A stretch of 64,000 nucleotides of DNA, taken from contig JAVJRE010000005.1 of the NCBI GenBank assembly GCA_040218575.1, positions 113,214 to 177,213 on the forward strand, given 5' to 3'. How positions within the stretch are numbered: the first letter of the stretch is position 1; each line of letters opens with the position of its first letter. The stretch is from Alphaproteobacteria bacterium. GTDB lineage: Bacteria > Pseudomonadota > Alphaproteobacteria > JAVJRE01. The position numbers and the translations under genes were made by a program. Below the pieces are notes generated by a model. That model was not told the DNA's origin, searched no databases, and was given only the letters and a program-made list of their open reading frames with translations. Shown here one piece after another: positions 24,098 to 34,063 of this stretch.

Positions 24098-24235
24098 GAC
24101 ATACTTGTCCACAATATCCGTGGATATCGCGGCGCACGGCCGCGCCTGTGGCGGAGCGCGGTGCGGGGGGCGTCACAGGTCCCCCGGCTTCACCGCACCG
24201 GACCCCGGCCCTGCCATTGCGTCGCCGCGGCGAGT

Positions 24236-26323
24236 ATGACTGTCTTGGCGCCACCGCCCCGCCGTCGCATTGCCCCCACCCCGATCATGCCGAGCAAAGC
24301 CCAACGCCCGCCATCACCACCCGCCATCGCCGACGATCTGCCGACCGGGCTGGCCGAAAACGCCGCCCCGCTGCTGACGCCGCCGGATGAAACCGCAGCC
24401 GATGATGCGGCGACCGACGACGTCGGGCCACAGGAAGACGGGCCGGAAACCACGCATGATACCGGCCTGACCGAGGCCGGCGGTCTGGCCGCCGGGGTCG
24501 AGGCGTTGCTGCGCCGGGTCCGCACCCTGCCCGACGGGCCGGGGGTCTATCGTATGCTCGATGCCGCCGGCGAGGTTCTCTATGTCGGCAAGGCGCGCAA
24601 CCTGCGGCGACGGGTGACCAGCTACACCCAGCCCGTCCGCCAGCCGGCCCGGTTGCAACGGATGATCGCCCGGACGGCGGACCTTGAAGTGGTGACCACC
24701 CACACCGAAGCAGAGGCGCTGTTGCTGGAAAGCAACCTGATCAAGCGCCTGAAACCGCGCTTCAACGTCCTGCTGCGGGATGACAAGTCTTTTCCCTACA
24801 TCTTGATCGCCGGTGGTCACCGCTTCGCGCGCCTTGCCAAGTACCGCGGCGCGCGCAGCGCCAGCGGGGACTATTTCGGACCCTTTGCGTCCGCCGGTGC
24901 GGTCAACCGCACCCTCAATGCGTTGGAACGCGCCTTTCTGCTGCGCACATGCTCCGATGCCATGTTCGCCAACCGCACCCGCCCCTGCCTGAAATACCAA
25001 CTCAAGCGCTGCAGCGCGCCGTGCGTCGGTCATGTGGACGAGGCCGCCTATGGCCGTCTGGTGGATCAGGCCCGTGCCTTCCTTGGCGGCCGCAGCGCCA
25101 CCGTGCAGGGCGAACTGGCGCGTGACATGGAGACCGCCAGTCAGCAGATGGACTTCGAGACAGCGGCGCTGTGCCGTGACCGCATCCGGGCGTTGAGCCA
25201 GGTGCAGGCCCGCCAGGACATCAATCTCGACCTGCTGGGTGAGGCGGACGTCGTTGCAGCGGCGGCCGAAGGCGGCCAGATCTGTATTCAGATATTCTTC
25301 TTCCGCGGCGGCAGCAATTACGGCAACAGGGCCTATTTCCCGCGACATGACCGGAGCATGGCGACGGCCGATGTCATGGCCGCCTTCATCGCCCAGTTCT
25401 ATGACAACAAAACGCCGCCGGCCGAGATTCTGGTCAGCGAGCCCTTGCCAGAGGGCGCCCTGCTGGCGGAGGCGCTGTCGGTGCGCGCCGGCCGCCGGGT
25501 CCGTCTGACGGCGCCACAACGCGGCGCCCGCCGCAAGGCCGTCGACCACGCCCTGGACAATGCCCGCGAAGCGGCCGGCCGCAGGATGTCCGATTCCGCC
25601 AGCCAGACGGCGCTGCTGGGCCAGCTGGCCGAACGCTTCTCCCTGGCCGGTCCGCCACAGCGGATCGAGGTCTATGACAACAGCCACGTCTCCGGCACTA
25701 ATCCGGTGGGCGGCATGGTGGTTGCCGGACCCGACGGACCGATCAAGGCGGCCTATCGCCGTTTCAACATCCGCCAGGCGGCGGCGAGCGACGATTTCGC
25801 CATGATGCGCGAGGTTCTGACCCGCCGTTTCAGCCGCGCCCTTAAGGAGGACCCGGAGCGCACGTCCGGTCAGTGGCCGGACCTGGTGCTGATTGACGGT
25901 GGGGCGGGGCATCTGTCCGCGGCGCTGTCCGTATTGAGCGATCTGGGCATTACCGGCATCGCGCTGATGGCCATTGCCAAGGGGCCGGACCGTGATGCCG
26001 GCCGCGAAGTCTTTCATCTGCCGGGGCAGTCGCCGCGACGGCTGCCGCCAAACGATCCGGTCTTGTATTACCTGCAACGTCTGCGCGATGAAGCCCATCG
26101 CTTCGCCATCGGCGGCCACCGGGCACGCCGCAGCCGGGCCTTGTCACGCTCTCCGCTGGACGATGTGCCGGGCATCGGCCCCGCTCGCAAACGGGCGCTT
26201 CTGCATCGCTTCGGCTCTGCCCAGGCGGTCAGCCGCGCCGGCATTGCGGATCTGCAGACAGTACCCGGAATCAGCCGGGCCGCCGCGGAGAAACTCTATG
26301 GCTATTTTCGCGCCGAAGGTTAG
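24236..26323 (+). CDS. uvrC: excinuclease ABC subunit C
   Basis: GIY-YIG motif (GVYRMLDAAGEVLYVGKARNLRRR), UVR domain, RNase H-like and C-terminal HhH2 (GIGPARKRALL). Start ambiguous: ATG 24236 or 24287. Confidence 0.9.
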   Translation: MTVLAPPPRRRIAPTPIMPSKAQRPPSPPAIADDLPTGLAENAAPLLTPPDETAADDAATDDVGPQEDGPETTHDTGLTEAGGLAAGVEALLRRVRTLPDGPGVYRMLDAAGEVLYVGKARNLRRRVTSYTQPVRQPARLQRMIARTADLEVVTTHTEAEALLLESNLIKRLKPRFNVLLRDDKSFPYILIAGGHRFARLAKYRGARSASGDYFGPFASAGAVNRTLNALERAFLLRTCSDAMFANRTRPCLKYQLKRCSAPCVGHVDEAAYGRLVDQARAFLGGRSATVQGELARDMETASQQMDFETAALCRDRIRALSQVQARQDINLDLLGEADVVAAAAEGGQICIQIFFFRGGSNYGNRAYFPRHDRSMATADVMAAFIAQFYDNKTPPAEILVSEPLPEGALLAEALSVRAGRRVRLTAPQRGARRKAVDHALDNAREAAGRRMSDSASQTALLGQLAERFSLAGPPQRIEVYDNSHVSGTNPVGGMVVAGPDGPIKAAYRRFNIRQAAASDDFAMMREVLTRRFSRALKEDPERTSGQWPDLVLIDGGAGHLSAALSVLSDLGITGIALMAIAKGPDRDAGREVFHLPGQSPRRLPPNDPVLYYLQRLRDEAHRFAIGGHRARRSRALSRSPLDDVPGIGPARKRALLHRFGSAQAVSRAGIADLQTVPGISRAAAEKLYGYFRAEG

Positions 26324-26353
26324 ACTGCCGATCCTTTTCGCGGCCCGTTTGCG

Positions 26354-26950
26354 ATGCCTCTGAACCTTCCCAACATTCTGACCTGGTCACGGCTGTTCGC
26401 CGTGCCAGTGGTAATGGTCGCCCTGTTCCTGCCGGGATCAAGCGCATCATGGACCGCGCTGACAGTTTTTATTCTGGCCGCACTGACGGATTATCTCGAT
26501 GGTCATCTGGCACGCAGCCGAGGCCAGCTTTCCCCCTTTGGCACTTTCCTCGATCCGGTTGCCGACAAGATTCTGGTGGCCAGCGTCATCCTCGCTTTGG
26601 TGGCGCTTGATCGCATCGACGGCTGGACGCTTATCGCCGCGTTCGTCATCACCCTGCGTGAGATTGTCATCTCCGGCCTGCGGGAGTTCCTGGCCGGGGC
26701 CCGGCGAGCGCTGCCGGTGAGCCGCCTGGCCAAGTGGAAAACCGCCGTGCAGATGGTGGCTCTGGGCCTGTTGATTCTGGGCGGTCACGGCGACCCCCTG
26801 CCCAATACCCAGTGGCTGGGGGAGGCCAGCCTGTGGCTGGCGGCGATCCTCTCGGTGATAACCGGTCTCGACTATTTCCGGGCGCATCTTGGCGATGTGC
26901 TGAACGGGCCGGCGGCACATCCGACCAAACAGGACACGGCGGCGGAATGA
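26354..26950 (+). CDS. pgsA: CDP-diacylglycerol--glycerol-3-phosphate 3-phosphatidyltransferase
   Basis: CDP-alcohol phosphatidyltransferase motif DYLDGHLAR...G...D.VAD. Conserved position after uvrC. Confidence 0.85.
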   Translation: MPLNLPNILTWSRLFAVPVVMVALFLPGSSASWTALTVFILAALTDYLDGHLARSRGQLSPFGTFLDPVADKILVASVILALVALDRIDGWTLIAAFVITLREIVISGLREFLAGARRALPVSRLAKWKTAVQMVALGLLILGGHGDPLPNTQWLGEASLWLAAILSVITGLDYFRAHLGDVLNGPAAHPTKQDTAAE

Positions 26951-27450
26951 AGGTTTTTGGCATCGCCGGCTGGAGCGGCAGCGGCAAGACCACCCTTCTG
27001 GTGCGGCTGATTCCAGAGCTGACCCGCCGTGGCCTGACGGTGTCCACCTGCAAACATGCCCATCACAACTTTGACGTGGATACGCCAGGCAAGGACTCCT
27101 ATGAACACCGTGTCGCCGGCGCGCGGCAGGTGATGATCGTATCTGGCAAACGCTGGGCCCTGATGCATGAACTGCGTGACGAGCCCGAGCCCGACTTCGA
27201 TCAGGCCCTGAAACAGATGGCGGAGGTGGACCTGGTGCTGGTGGAGGGGTTCAAGAAGCATCCCCACGACAAGCTGGAAGTGCACCGCAAGGACAATGGA
27301 AGTGCGTGTCTGTGGCCGGACGACCCGCATGTTGTCGCCGTCGCCAGCGACGTGCCCTTGCCGGACCTGGACCGGCCGCGGCTGGACGTGAACAACATTG
27401 CGGCCATCGCCGATTTCATCGTGGCCCACTGCCATCTGAAGCCGGACTAA
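26947..27450 (+). CDS. mobB: molybdopterin-guanine dinucleotide biosynthesis adapter protein MobB
   Basis: MKVFGIAGWSGSGKTTL P-loop. 4-bp overlap with pgsA. Confidence 0.85.
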   Translation: MKVFGIAGWSGSGKTTLLVRLIPELTRRGLTVSTCKHAHHNFDVDTPGKDSYEHRVAGARQVMIVSGKRWALMHELRDEPEPDFDQALKQMAEVDLVLVEGFKKHPHDKLEVHRKDNGSACLWPDDPHVVAVASDVPLPDLDRPRLDVNNIAAIADFIVAHCHLKPD

Positions 27451-27459
27451 GCCCGGTCC

Positions 27460-28761
27460 ATGGCGCAACTGAGCGACGATTGCTTTGATCCCGGCACGGC
27501 ACTGCTGTCCCTGGACCAGGCGCTGACCATTCTGCACCAACGGCTCAAGCCAGTGGTACCCGACGAACCTTGCGCCCTGTCCCGAGCGGCCGGCCGCATT
27601 CTGGCCAATGATGTAATGGCCACACGCAGTGTGCCGCCAACCGACAATTCGGCGGTTGACGGCTATGCCGTGCGCCATGCGGATCTGCGCACCGATACCG
27701 CCAGCACACTGACCGTGGTCGGCCGCGCCACTGCCGGCCACCCCTGGCCCGGTCATCTCCAGGCAGGGCAGGCGGTGCGTATCTTCACCGGCGCCGTGAT
27801 GCCGGCCGGCGCCGACACCATCCTGATGCAGGAAGATTGTGTGCAAACCAACGACACGGTCACCGTCAGCCCGGGCATTCGCGTCGGCGCCAACCGGCGA
27901 CAGGCCGGCGAGGACGTTATGGCCGGGCAGGTGCTGATCACCGCCGGACGACGTTTGCGGCCCGCCGATATCGGCCTGTTGGCGGCCCAGGGGCTGGCCG
28001 AGGTTGCGGTCCGCCGCCGCCTGCGCGTCGCGGTCCTGTCCACCGGTGATGAAGTCCATGAGCCCGGCGCTGTTGCGCCGCATGACGCCATCTATGATGC
28101 CAACCGATACATGCTTGTGGCCCTGCTGGACGGGCTTGCCATGGACACTCTCGACCTTGGAATCCTGCCCGACACCACCGCAGCGATCAGCGAGGCCCTG
28201 GCCCGGGCGGCGCACGGCCCGGACGCCGCCGATGTGGTGATCACCTCCGGCGGTATGAGCGTCGGCGAGGAAGACCATATGCGCGCCGCCGTGGCGGCGG
28301 TGGGGCGTCTGGATTTCTGGCGCCTGGCCATAAAGCCCGGGCGGCCCGTGGCGATGGGCGCGGTTGATCGGCACAAGGCCAATCCGGCAGCGGCGGCCGG
28401 CGGCGAACCCCTTGTATTCATTGGCCTTCCGGGAAATCCGGTGGCGGTCGGCGTGACCTTCATGCGGCTGGCGCGGCCGGCCTTGCTGCGGCTGGCCGGG
28501 GCAACCGACACCATCCCCAACCCGCAAGGCGTCAGTGCCGGATTTGCCATGGCCAAGAAAGCGGGACGGCGGGAGTGGGTTCGCGTCCGTCTGGTGAAAG
28601 GTCCCGGCGACCAGATGGCGGCCGAGCGATTCGCCAGCGACGGCGCTGGTATTCTATCGTCCCTGGCGGCAGCCGACGGTCTGGTTGAATTGCCGGAGGA
28701 CACCACCCAAGTAACGCCGGGCGACCTGGTCACCTTTTATTCTTATGGCGAGCTCACATGA
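27460..28761 (+). CDS. moeA: molybdopterin molybdotransferase MoeA
   Basis: SAVDGYAV, TGA..P.GAD and TSGGMSVGEED motifs. 433 aa. Confidence 0.9.
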   Translation: MAQLSDDCFDPGTALLSLDQALTILHQRLKPVVPDEPCALSRAAGRILANDVMATRSVPPTDNSAVDGYAVRHADLRTDTASTLTVVGRATAGHPWPGHLQAGQAVRIFTGAVMPAGADTILMQEDCVQTNDTVTVSPGIRVGANRRQAGEDVMAGQVLITAGRRLRPADIGLLAAQGLAEVAVRRRLRVAVLSTGDEVHEPGAVAPHDAIYDANRYMLVALLDGLAMDTLDLGILPDTTAAISEALARAAHGPDAADVVITSGGMSVGEEDHMRAAVAAVGRLDFWRLAIKPGRPVAMGAVDRHKANPAAAAGGEPLVFIGLPGNPVAVGVTFMRLARPALLRLAGATDTIPNPQGVSAGFAMAKKAGRREWVRVRLVKGPGDQMAAERFASDGAGILSSLAAADGLVELPEDTTQVTPGDLVTFYSYGELT

Positions 28762-29012
28762 TTACAGTTTTGTATTTTGCCTGGCTGCGCGACCGCATTG
28801 GCCAGGCTGAGGAATCCATCGAGCTGCCGGACGGTGTTGTGACCGTAGAGGCGCTGATTGACAGCCTTTGTCAACGCAGCCCCGGCCATGCTGCCGCCTT
28901 TGCCCAGCGGGACGCCATTCGCGCCGCCGTCAACCAGGTCTTTGCCGCACCCGAGGACAAACTGTCAGCCGGCGACGAGGTCGCGTTCTTTCCGCCCATG
29001 ACCGGCGGCTGA
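28758..29012 (+). CDS. moaD: molybdopterin synthase sulfur-carrier subunit MoaD
   Basis: 84 aa ubiquitin-like protein ending in Gly-Gly. 4-bp overlap with moeA. Confidence 0.85.
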   Translation: MITVLYFAWLRDRIGQAEESIELPDGVVTVEALIDSLCQRSPGHAAAFAQRDAIRAAVNQVFAAPEDKLSAGDEVAFFPPMTGG

Positions 29013-29015
29013 TCC

Positions 29016-29492
29016 ATGATCCGCGTGCAGAGCGAGGACTTCGACGTCGGTGCGGAAATTGACCGCGTCGGCGCCACATCAGGCCGCACCGGCGGTATCG
29101 TCAGTTTCGTCGGTGTGGTCCGCGCGGCGGATAAGGGCGACCCCCAGGCCATTCGCGCCCTGACCCTACAACACTATCCGGGCATGACCGAACGGCTGCT
29201 GAACGCCATCGAAGCGGAAGCGCGGCGGCGCTGGCCATTGGATGAGGTTCTGATCATCCACCGGGTTGGCCGTCTCACGCCCGGTGAACGGATCGTGATC
29301 GTCGTCACCGCATCGGCCCATCGACAAGCGGCATTTGAGTCGTGCAGCTTTTTGATGGACTGGCTCAAAACCCGGGCGCCGTTCTGGAAAGCGGAAGAGA
29401 CCGCCTCCGGTACACGCTGGGTCGAAGCCCGCCAGGATGATGAAGACGCCGCCGCCCGCTGGCAGAAGGAAGCAACGACCGGGGCCGTCTGA
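29016..29492 (+). CDS. moaE: molybdopterin synthase catalytic subunit MoaE
   Basis: GGIVSFVG and IVIVVTASAHRQAAFESCSFLMDWLKTRAPFWK motifs. Confidence 0.9.
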   Translation: MIRVQSEDFDVGAEIDRVGATSGRTGGIVSFVGVVRAADKGDPQAIRALTLQHYPGMTERLLNAIEAEARRRWPLDEVLIIHRVGRLTPGERIVIVVTASAHRQAAFESCSFLMDWLKTRAPFWKAEETASGTRWVEARQDDEDAAARWQKEATTGAV

Positions 29493-29510
29493 GGCGGGCC
29501 AGCACAGGAG

Positions 29511-29738
29511 ATGTGTCCCATGGGCCGTCGCCGGCTCGCACTCGCATTCGCGCTGACCGCCGTGACCCTTGCCGCCTGCACGACCGGTGATCGCTTCCAT
29601 GAAGCCTGCGCCGCCCGCGGCATAACCCCGGAAACGCCGGCCTTCAACAAATGCCTCAACGATGAAATCCGCACCTTTGAACGGACCTATGGCCTGCGTG
29701 GTGAAGACGGCCCGCGCGGCTATGGCCTGCAGCCATAA
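29511..29738 (+). CDS. small putative lipoprotein
   Basis: Signal peptide with lipobox LAAC. 75 aa. Confidence 0.45.
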   Translation: MCPMGRRRLALAFALTAVTLAACTTGDRFHEACAARGITPETPAFNKCLNDEIRTFERTYGLRGEDGPRGYGLQP

Positions 29739-29762
29739 CCGGCCGGCCACGGCGGCGGAGGC

Positions 29763-30665
29763 TTATTCGGCGGCGTTGGCAGCCCCGCCGCGATGGGCCA
29801 CAACCAGGGCGTCATAGGCCGCCACCAGGGCACGGGTGACGGGACCGACCGCATAGGCACGATCATCGATTCCCGCGATGGGCGTCACTTCCACCGCCGT
29901 ACCGGTGACGAATACCTCGTCAAAATCCGCCAGCTCATCCGGCATGATGGCGCGCTCGACAATGGTCATGCCCTGCGCCCGCGCCAGTTCGATGGCGGTG
30001 CGACGGGTGATGCCGTCAAGAAAGCAATCCGGTTCGGGCGTGTGGATCACACCATCCTTGACAAAAAAGATGTTGGCGCCGGTCAGTTCGGCAATGCGTC
30101 CGCGCCAGTCCAGCATCAGCGCATCCTGGAAACCGTTGCGCTCTGCCTCGTGTTTGGACAGGGTGCAGATCATATAGAGGCCGGCCGCCTTACTGTTGGT
30201 CGGCGCCGTGTCGGGGGCCGGCCGCCGCCACTTCGCGGTCTGTACGCGGATGCCCTTCAGGCGCGCTTCGGGGCTGAAGTATGATGGCCATTCCCAGGCG
30301 GCGATGGCTACGTGAATGCGCGTCTGCTGGGCCGAAACCGCCATCATCTCGCTGCCACGCCAGGCGACCGGCCGGACATAACCGTCGGCGATCCCCATCT
30401 CCTGCAACACCTGATACTTGGCCGCAGTGATCACCGATTTGTCGTACGGAATATCGAAGCCCAGCACACTGGCCGAATGAAACAGGCGGTCAGTGTGCTC
30501 GTCGCATTTGAAGATGCGTCCACCGTAGGAGCGCTCACCCTCAAAGACACAACTGGCATAGTGCAGACCGTGGCTGAGCACATGGACCCTGGCCTCACGC
30601 CAGGGGCGCAGCTCGCCATCGAACCAGATGACCCCATCGCGGTCGTCAAAAGGAATAATCGCCAT
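29763..30665 (-). CDS. ilvE: branched-chain amino acid aminotransferase
   Basis: Class IV PLP aminotransferase. AAKAAGLYM and GANIFFV motifs. 300 aa. Confidence 0.85.
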   Translation of the reverse strand: MAIIPFDDRDGVIWFDGELRPWREARVHVLSHGLHYASCVFEGERSYGGRIFKCDEHTDRLFHSASVLGFDIPYDKSVITAAKYQVLQEMGIADGYVRPVAWRGSEMMAVSAQQTRIHVAIAAWEWPSYFSPEARLKGIRVQTAKWRRPAPDTAPTNSKAAGLYMICTLSKHEAERNGFQDALMLDWRGRIAELTGANIFFVKDGVIHTPEPDCFLDGITRRTAIELARAQGMTIVERAIMPDELADFDEVFVTGTAVEVTPIAGIDDRAYAVGPVTRALVAAYDALVVAHRGGAANAAE

Positions 30666-30847
30666 GATGCTCCGTCTCCGCCGCCTGCAGCCGTATCAGC
30701 GCCATTGCGGGATATAAGTCCCTGTTTTCCGCCGCCTGCCAAGCGTATGATTCACCGCAAGCTAGCAATTTCCCGCACAAACCGGAAACCCTGGCCACGG
30801 CCGGCAGACCCGGCCCCGGACCATACAGCCAGCGGAGGCGTGGAGCC

Positions 30848-31558
30848 ATGACCAGACCACCGGCAACCGCGCCGCAGAAGCCGGCCCAGTCGCATATTCT
30901 GGTGGTGGATGATGATGCCCGCCTGCGCGACTTGCTGCGTCAGTATCTGAGCGACAATGGCTTTCGTGTGTCGGTGGCGGCCGACGCCGAGGAGGCACGG
31001 GCGGCCATCGGCAATATGGAGTTCGATCTGATCGTTCTGGACCTCATGCTGCCGGGCGAGTCCGGACTCGACCTGGCCAGGGGCCTGCGCACCGAGTCGG
31101 CCATACCGATCCTCATGCTAACCGCCATGGGCGAACCGTCTGATCGCATCCAGGGATTGGAGTTCGGCGCCGACGACTATCTGACCAAGCCGTTCGAGCC
31201 ACGCGAACTCATCCTGCGTTTGCGCACAATCCTGCGCCGCGCCGGGCCGCCCAGTGAGCCGCGCCGGCTTATCCGCCTGGGCGCCATGGTGTTCGATCCT
31301 GACCGTCGCGAATTGCGGCAGGGCGATTCTCTGATTGGCCTGACCGAAACCGAGGCTGTTATGCTGGCGGTCCTGGCGGCGCATCCGGGACAGACCGTGG
31401 ATCGCGAGCGGCTGCAGCACGACTGCGGCATCGGCGGCAGTGACCGCGCGGTGGATGTGCAGGTCACCCGCCTGCGGCGCAAGATCGAACGCGATCCCCG
31501 ACTACCGCGCTATCTGAAGACGGTTCGCGGTCATGGTTATGTCCTGTGGACGGACTGA
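30848..31558 (+). CDS. OmpR-family two-component response regulator
   Basis: Receiver domain (VVDDD...DLIVLDLMLPG) plus winged-helix (RLRRKIE...LKTVRGHGY). Confidence 0.9.
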   Translation: MTRPPATAPQKPAQSHILVVDDDARLRDLLRQYLSDNGFRVSVAADAEEARAAIGNMEFDLIVLDLMLPGESGLDLARGLRTESAIPILMLTAMGEPSDRIQGLEFGADDYLTKPFEPRELILRLRTILRRAGPPSEPRRLIRLGAMVFDPDRRELRQGDSLIGLTETEAVMLAVLAAHPGQTVDRERLQHDCGIGGSDRAVDVQVTRLRRKIERDPRLPRYLKTVRGHGYVLWTD

Positions 31559-32916
31559 ACCGCGACCGGCAACCGTCAGCGGCGGGGGCCGAGACCCGGC
31601 GGCCCTGGTCGCTGAAAGCCGTATTACCGAACAGCCTGCTCGGCCGTTCGCTGCTGATCCTGGTGATTCCCCTGATTCTGCTGCAGGTGGTATCGGCCTT
31701 TATTTTCTTCGACCGGCCGTGGGACACCGTCACCCGCCGCCTGGCCGACGGTCTGGCCGGCGAGATCGCCTTGCTGGTGGCCATGGCGGAAGACGACTCT
31801 TCCGCCGCCGCTATGGCCGAAATCGCCAGCCGGGCCGGGCATTTGCGCATGACGGTGGGCCTGCAACGCGATGCCATTCTGCCTAATGCGGCGGCCGATC
31901 CACCGTCGGCACGCTTCGCCCAGTTGTTTGACGACGCGCTGGCCAACCGGGTCCGGCGGCCGGTGCGCTTTCAGGTGCTGGCCGAAAGCAATGAGATTCA
32001 TATTCAGGTGCAGTTGACCGCCGGGATCCTGGAAATCGACACCACCCGCGAACGCCTGTTCAGCGGTACCACCACGGTCTTTCTTTTGTGGATGGTGGGC
32101 ACCTCGCTGGTGCTGTTCGCCATCGCCACCGTATTCATGCGCAACCAGGTGCGGCCGATCCGTCGGTTGGCGCTGGCCGCCGACGCGTTCGGCAAGGGGC
32201 GGGACAGCGGACCGTTCCATGTTGCCGGCGCGCAGGAGGTGCGCCAGGCGGCAACCGCCTTTGTCCGCATGCGGGAACGCATCGCCCGCCAACTCCATCA
32301 GCGCACAGACATGTTGACCGGCGTATCGCACGACATGCGCACACCGCTGACACGCATGCGGCTGCAACTGGCTATGCTGCCGGATAAGGAGGTCGCCCAC
32401 GGCCTTGAGGCCGATGTGGCGGAAATGGAAACCATGCTGCAGAGCTATCTGGATTTTGCCAGGGGCGAAGGCGGCGAGGCCACTCGCGAGGTCGACCTGC
32501 GCCAGCACCTGGAAGAGGTGGTGGCCGGATTCCGCCGGGCGGGTGAGGCCCGGATCCGGATCGATGCGCCGGACGATCTGCGGCTGCCGGTGCGGCCACA
32601 GGCACTGGCCCGCTGCCTTGGCAATCTGGTGGGCAATGCCGTGCGGCATGCCGACCAGGTGCTGATTACCGCGCGCCGCGTCGCCAACGGCGTGGAGATC
32701 CGCATCGATGACGATGGCCCGGGGATTCCGCCCGACAAGCGGGAACTGGCCTTTCGGCCGTTCCTGCGGTTCGATCCTTCCCGCAACGTGGATACCGGCG
32801 GCGCCGGGCTGGGCCTGGCCATTGCCCGTGATATTGCGCGCGGCCACGGTGGCGACGTGCATCTGGAGGACAGCCCGCTGGGCGGGCTGGGCGCCGTGGT
32901 GCAGTTACCCGAATAA
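31546..32916 (+). CDS. EnvZ-like sensor histidine kinase (2 TM, HAMP, HisKA, HATPase_c)
   Basis: H-box VSHDMRTPLTRM, N/G boxes NLVGNAVRHA and GGAGLGLAI. 13-bp overlap with the regulator. Confidence 0.85.
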   Translation: MDGLNRDRQPSAAGAETRRPWSLKAVLPNSLLGRSLLILVIPLILLQVVSAFIFFDRPWDTVTRRLADGLAGEIALLVAMAEDDSSAAAMAEIASRAGHLRMTVGLQRDAILPNAAADPPSARFAQLFDDALANRVRRPVRFQVLAESNEIHIQVQLTAGILEIDTTRERLFSGTTTVFLLWMVGTSLVLFAIATVFMRNQVRPIRRLALAADAFGKGRDSGPFHVAGAQEVRQAATAFVRMRERIARQLHQRTDMLTGVSHDMRTPLTRMRLQLAMLPDKEVAHGLEADVAEMETMLQSYLDFARGEGGEATREVDLRQHLEEVVAGFRRAGEARIRIDAPDDLRLPVRPQALARCLGNLVGNAVRHADQVLITARRVANGVEIRIDDDGPGIPPDKRELAFRPFLRFDPSRNVDTGGAGLGLAIARDIARGHGGDVHLEDSPLGGLGAVVQLPE

Positions 32917-32942
32917 AACCCCGTGCCCGCTGTCGCCCGGCA

Positions 32943-33341
32943 TCAGTACAGTCGACCGCCATCAGGCACGGGCCGCTCCGGGCTAATCAGGACCACGCGG
33001 CCCCCGTCATCGGGAAAGCCCAGCACCAGAACCTCACTGTCAAAAGGGCCGATACGGCGTGGCGGCAGATTCACCACGGCCGCCACCTGACGGTCCAGCA
33101 GATCCTCGCGCCCGTAAAGCGCCGTCAGCCGGGCGGACGAGCGGCGGCGGCCGATGGCCGGTCCGAAATCAATCTCCAGCCGCCACGCCGGTTGCCGCGC
33201 CTGGGGAAACGGATCCACCGCCACAATCGTACCGACACGGATATCCAGACGCAGAAAATCGTCGATAGTGACCGGCGCGGGCCGGAGAGTTGGCTTAACC
33301 GGAGCGCCCGCTGCATCCGGTGCGTCTGGCGTATCCGTCAT
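32943..33341 (-). CDS. csaA: tRNA-binding protein (CsaA/EMAP-like OB fold)
   Basis: IDDFLRLDIRVGTIVAVDPFPQARQPAWRLEIDFG is the typical CsaA motif. Confidence 0.75.
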   Translation of the reverse strand: MTDTPDAPDAAGAPVKPTLRPAPVTIDDFLRLDIRVGTIVAVDPFPQARQPAWRLEIDFGPAIGRRRSSARLTALYGREDLLDRQVAAVVNLPPRRIGPFDSEVLVLGFPDDGGRVVLISPERPVPDGGRLY

Positions 33342-34003
33342 GAGCCACGAATCTGGTCGCGAAAACGCCCGACAGCGGCCCTCGGATCAGCGATGGCGGT
33401 CCGCAAGCCATAGGCCCGGTCCAGGGCCCGGTCCAACGCCGCCATGGTGGCTGGCATGTCGGGCGAGTCCTCGTCCTTCCAGGCACGCAAGCCAGCCAGC
33501 CACACACCGGCGATCACCCGCGCGCCGAGGCCATCGCATACACCGGCACACGGCCGGGCCTGGCCAGCGTGACCGTCGGGCTCCGCCGGTGCTGCCGCCC
33601 GCAGAATACGACGCGCGGCATCCACCAGACGGCGCCAACCCCAGGCCAGCCGGGCCGGATCGCGCCGCATGGCGGCCAGGACGTCCAGCGCGCCGGCGCG
33701 ATGTGCCGCCAGCAGATCGAAGGATGCCATGATCATGGCAAAGAGACGGTCACGCGCTGACTCGTCGCCACCCAGCGCCTCATTATCCTGCAGCGCGCGC
33801 CGCACCAGAGCGTCAGCGAGCGCGGTGTAGACCGCCTGCCGACCCGTCAGGTCCGGCGACAGGTCGACCAGCGGAACGCCGCATTGACGGGCGATCATGC
33901 CCAGGGTCACGTTGCGCCAGCCGTGCCGCGCCGCCAGATCCAGCGCCGCGCCGGCGATGGATTCGGTCCGGGTTGTGTCAGCCGTGTCACTCATGTCACT
34001 CAT
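33338..34003 (-). CDS. COQ9-family protein (alphaproteobacterial 'rpsU-divergently transcribed' homologue)
   Basis: TetR-like N-terminal helix (ALDLAARHGWRNVTLGMIARQCGV) followed by an all-helical region. Family call made from memory. Confidence 0.5.
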   Translation of the reverse strand: MSDMSDTADTTRTESIAGAALDLAARHGWRNVTLGMIARQCGVPLVDLSPDLTGRQAVYTALADALVRRALQDNEALGGDESARDRLFAMIMASFDLLAAHRAGALDVLAAMRRDPARLAWGWRRLVDAARRILRAAAPAEPDGHAGQARPCAGVCDGLGARVIAGVWLAGLRAWKDEDSPDMPATMAALDRALDRAYGLRTAIADPRAAVGRFRDQIRGS

Positions 34004-34063
34004 GGTGACATCCTAGCACGCAGCCGGGCGCCGGGGAGCCGGGCGGAGGGACGGGTCAGAAGG

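Noticed and set aside
24314-26119. 601-aa minus-strand ORF
   Set aside because: Antisense to uvrC with no recognisable motifs.
26872-28527. 551-aa minus-strand ORF
   Set aside because: Antisense to moeA with no recognisable motifs.
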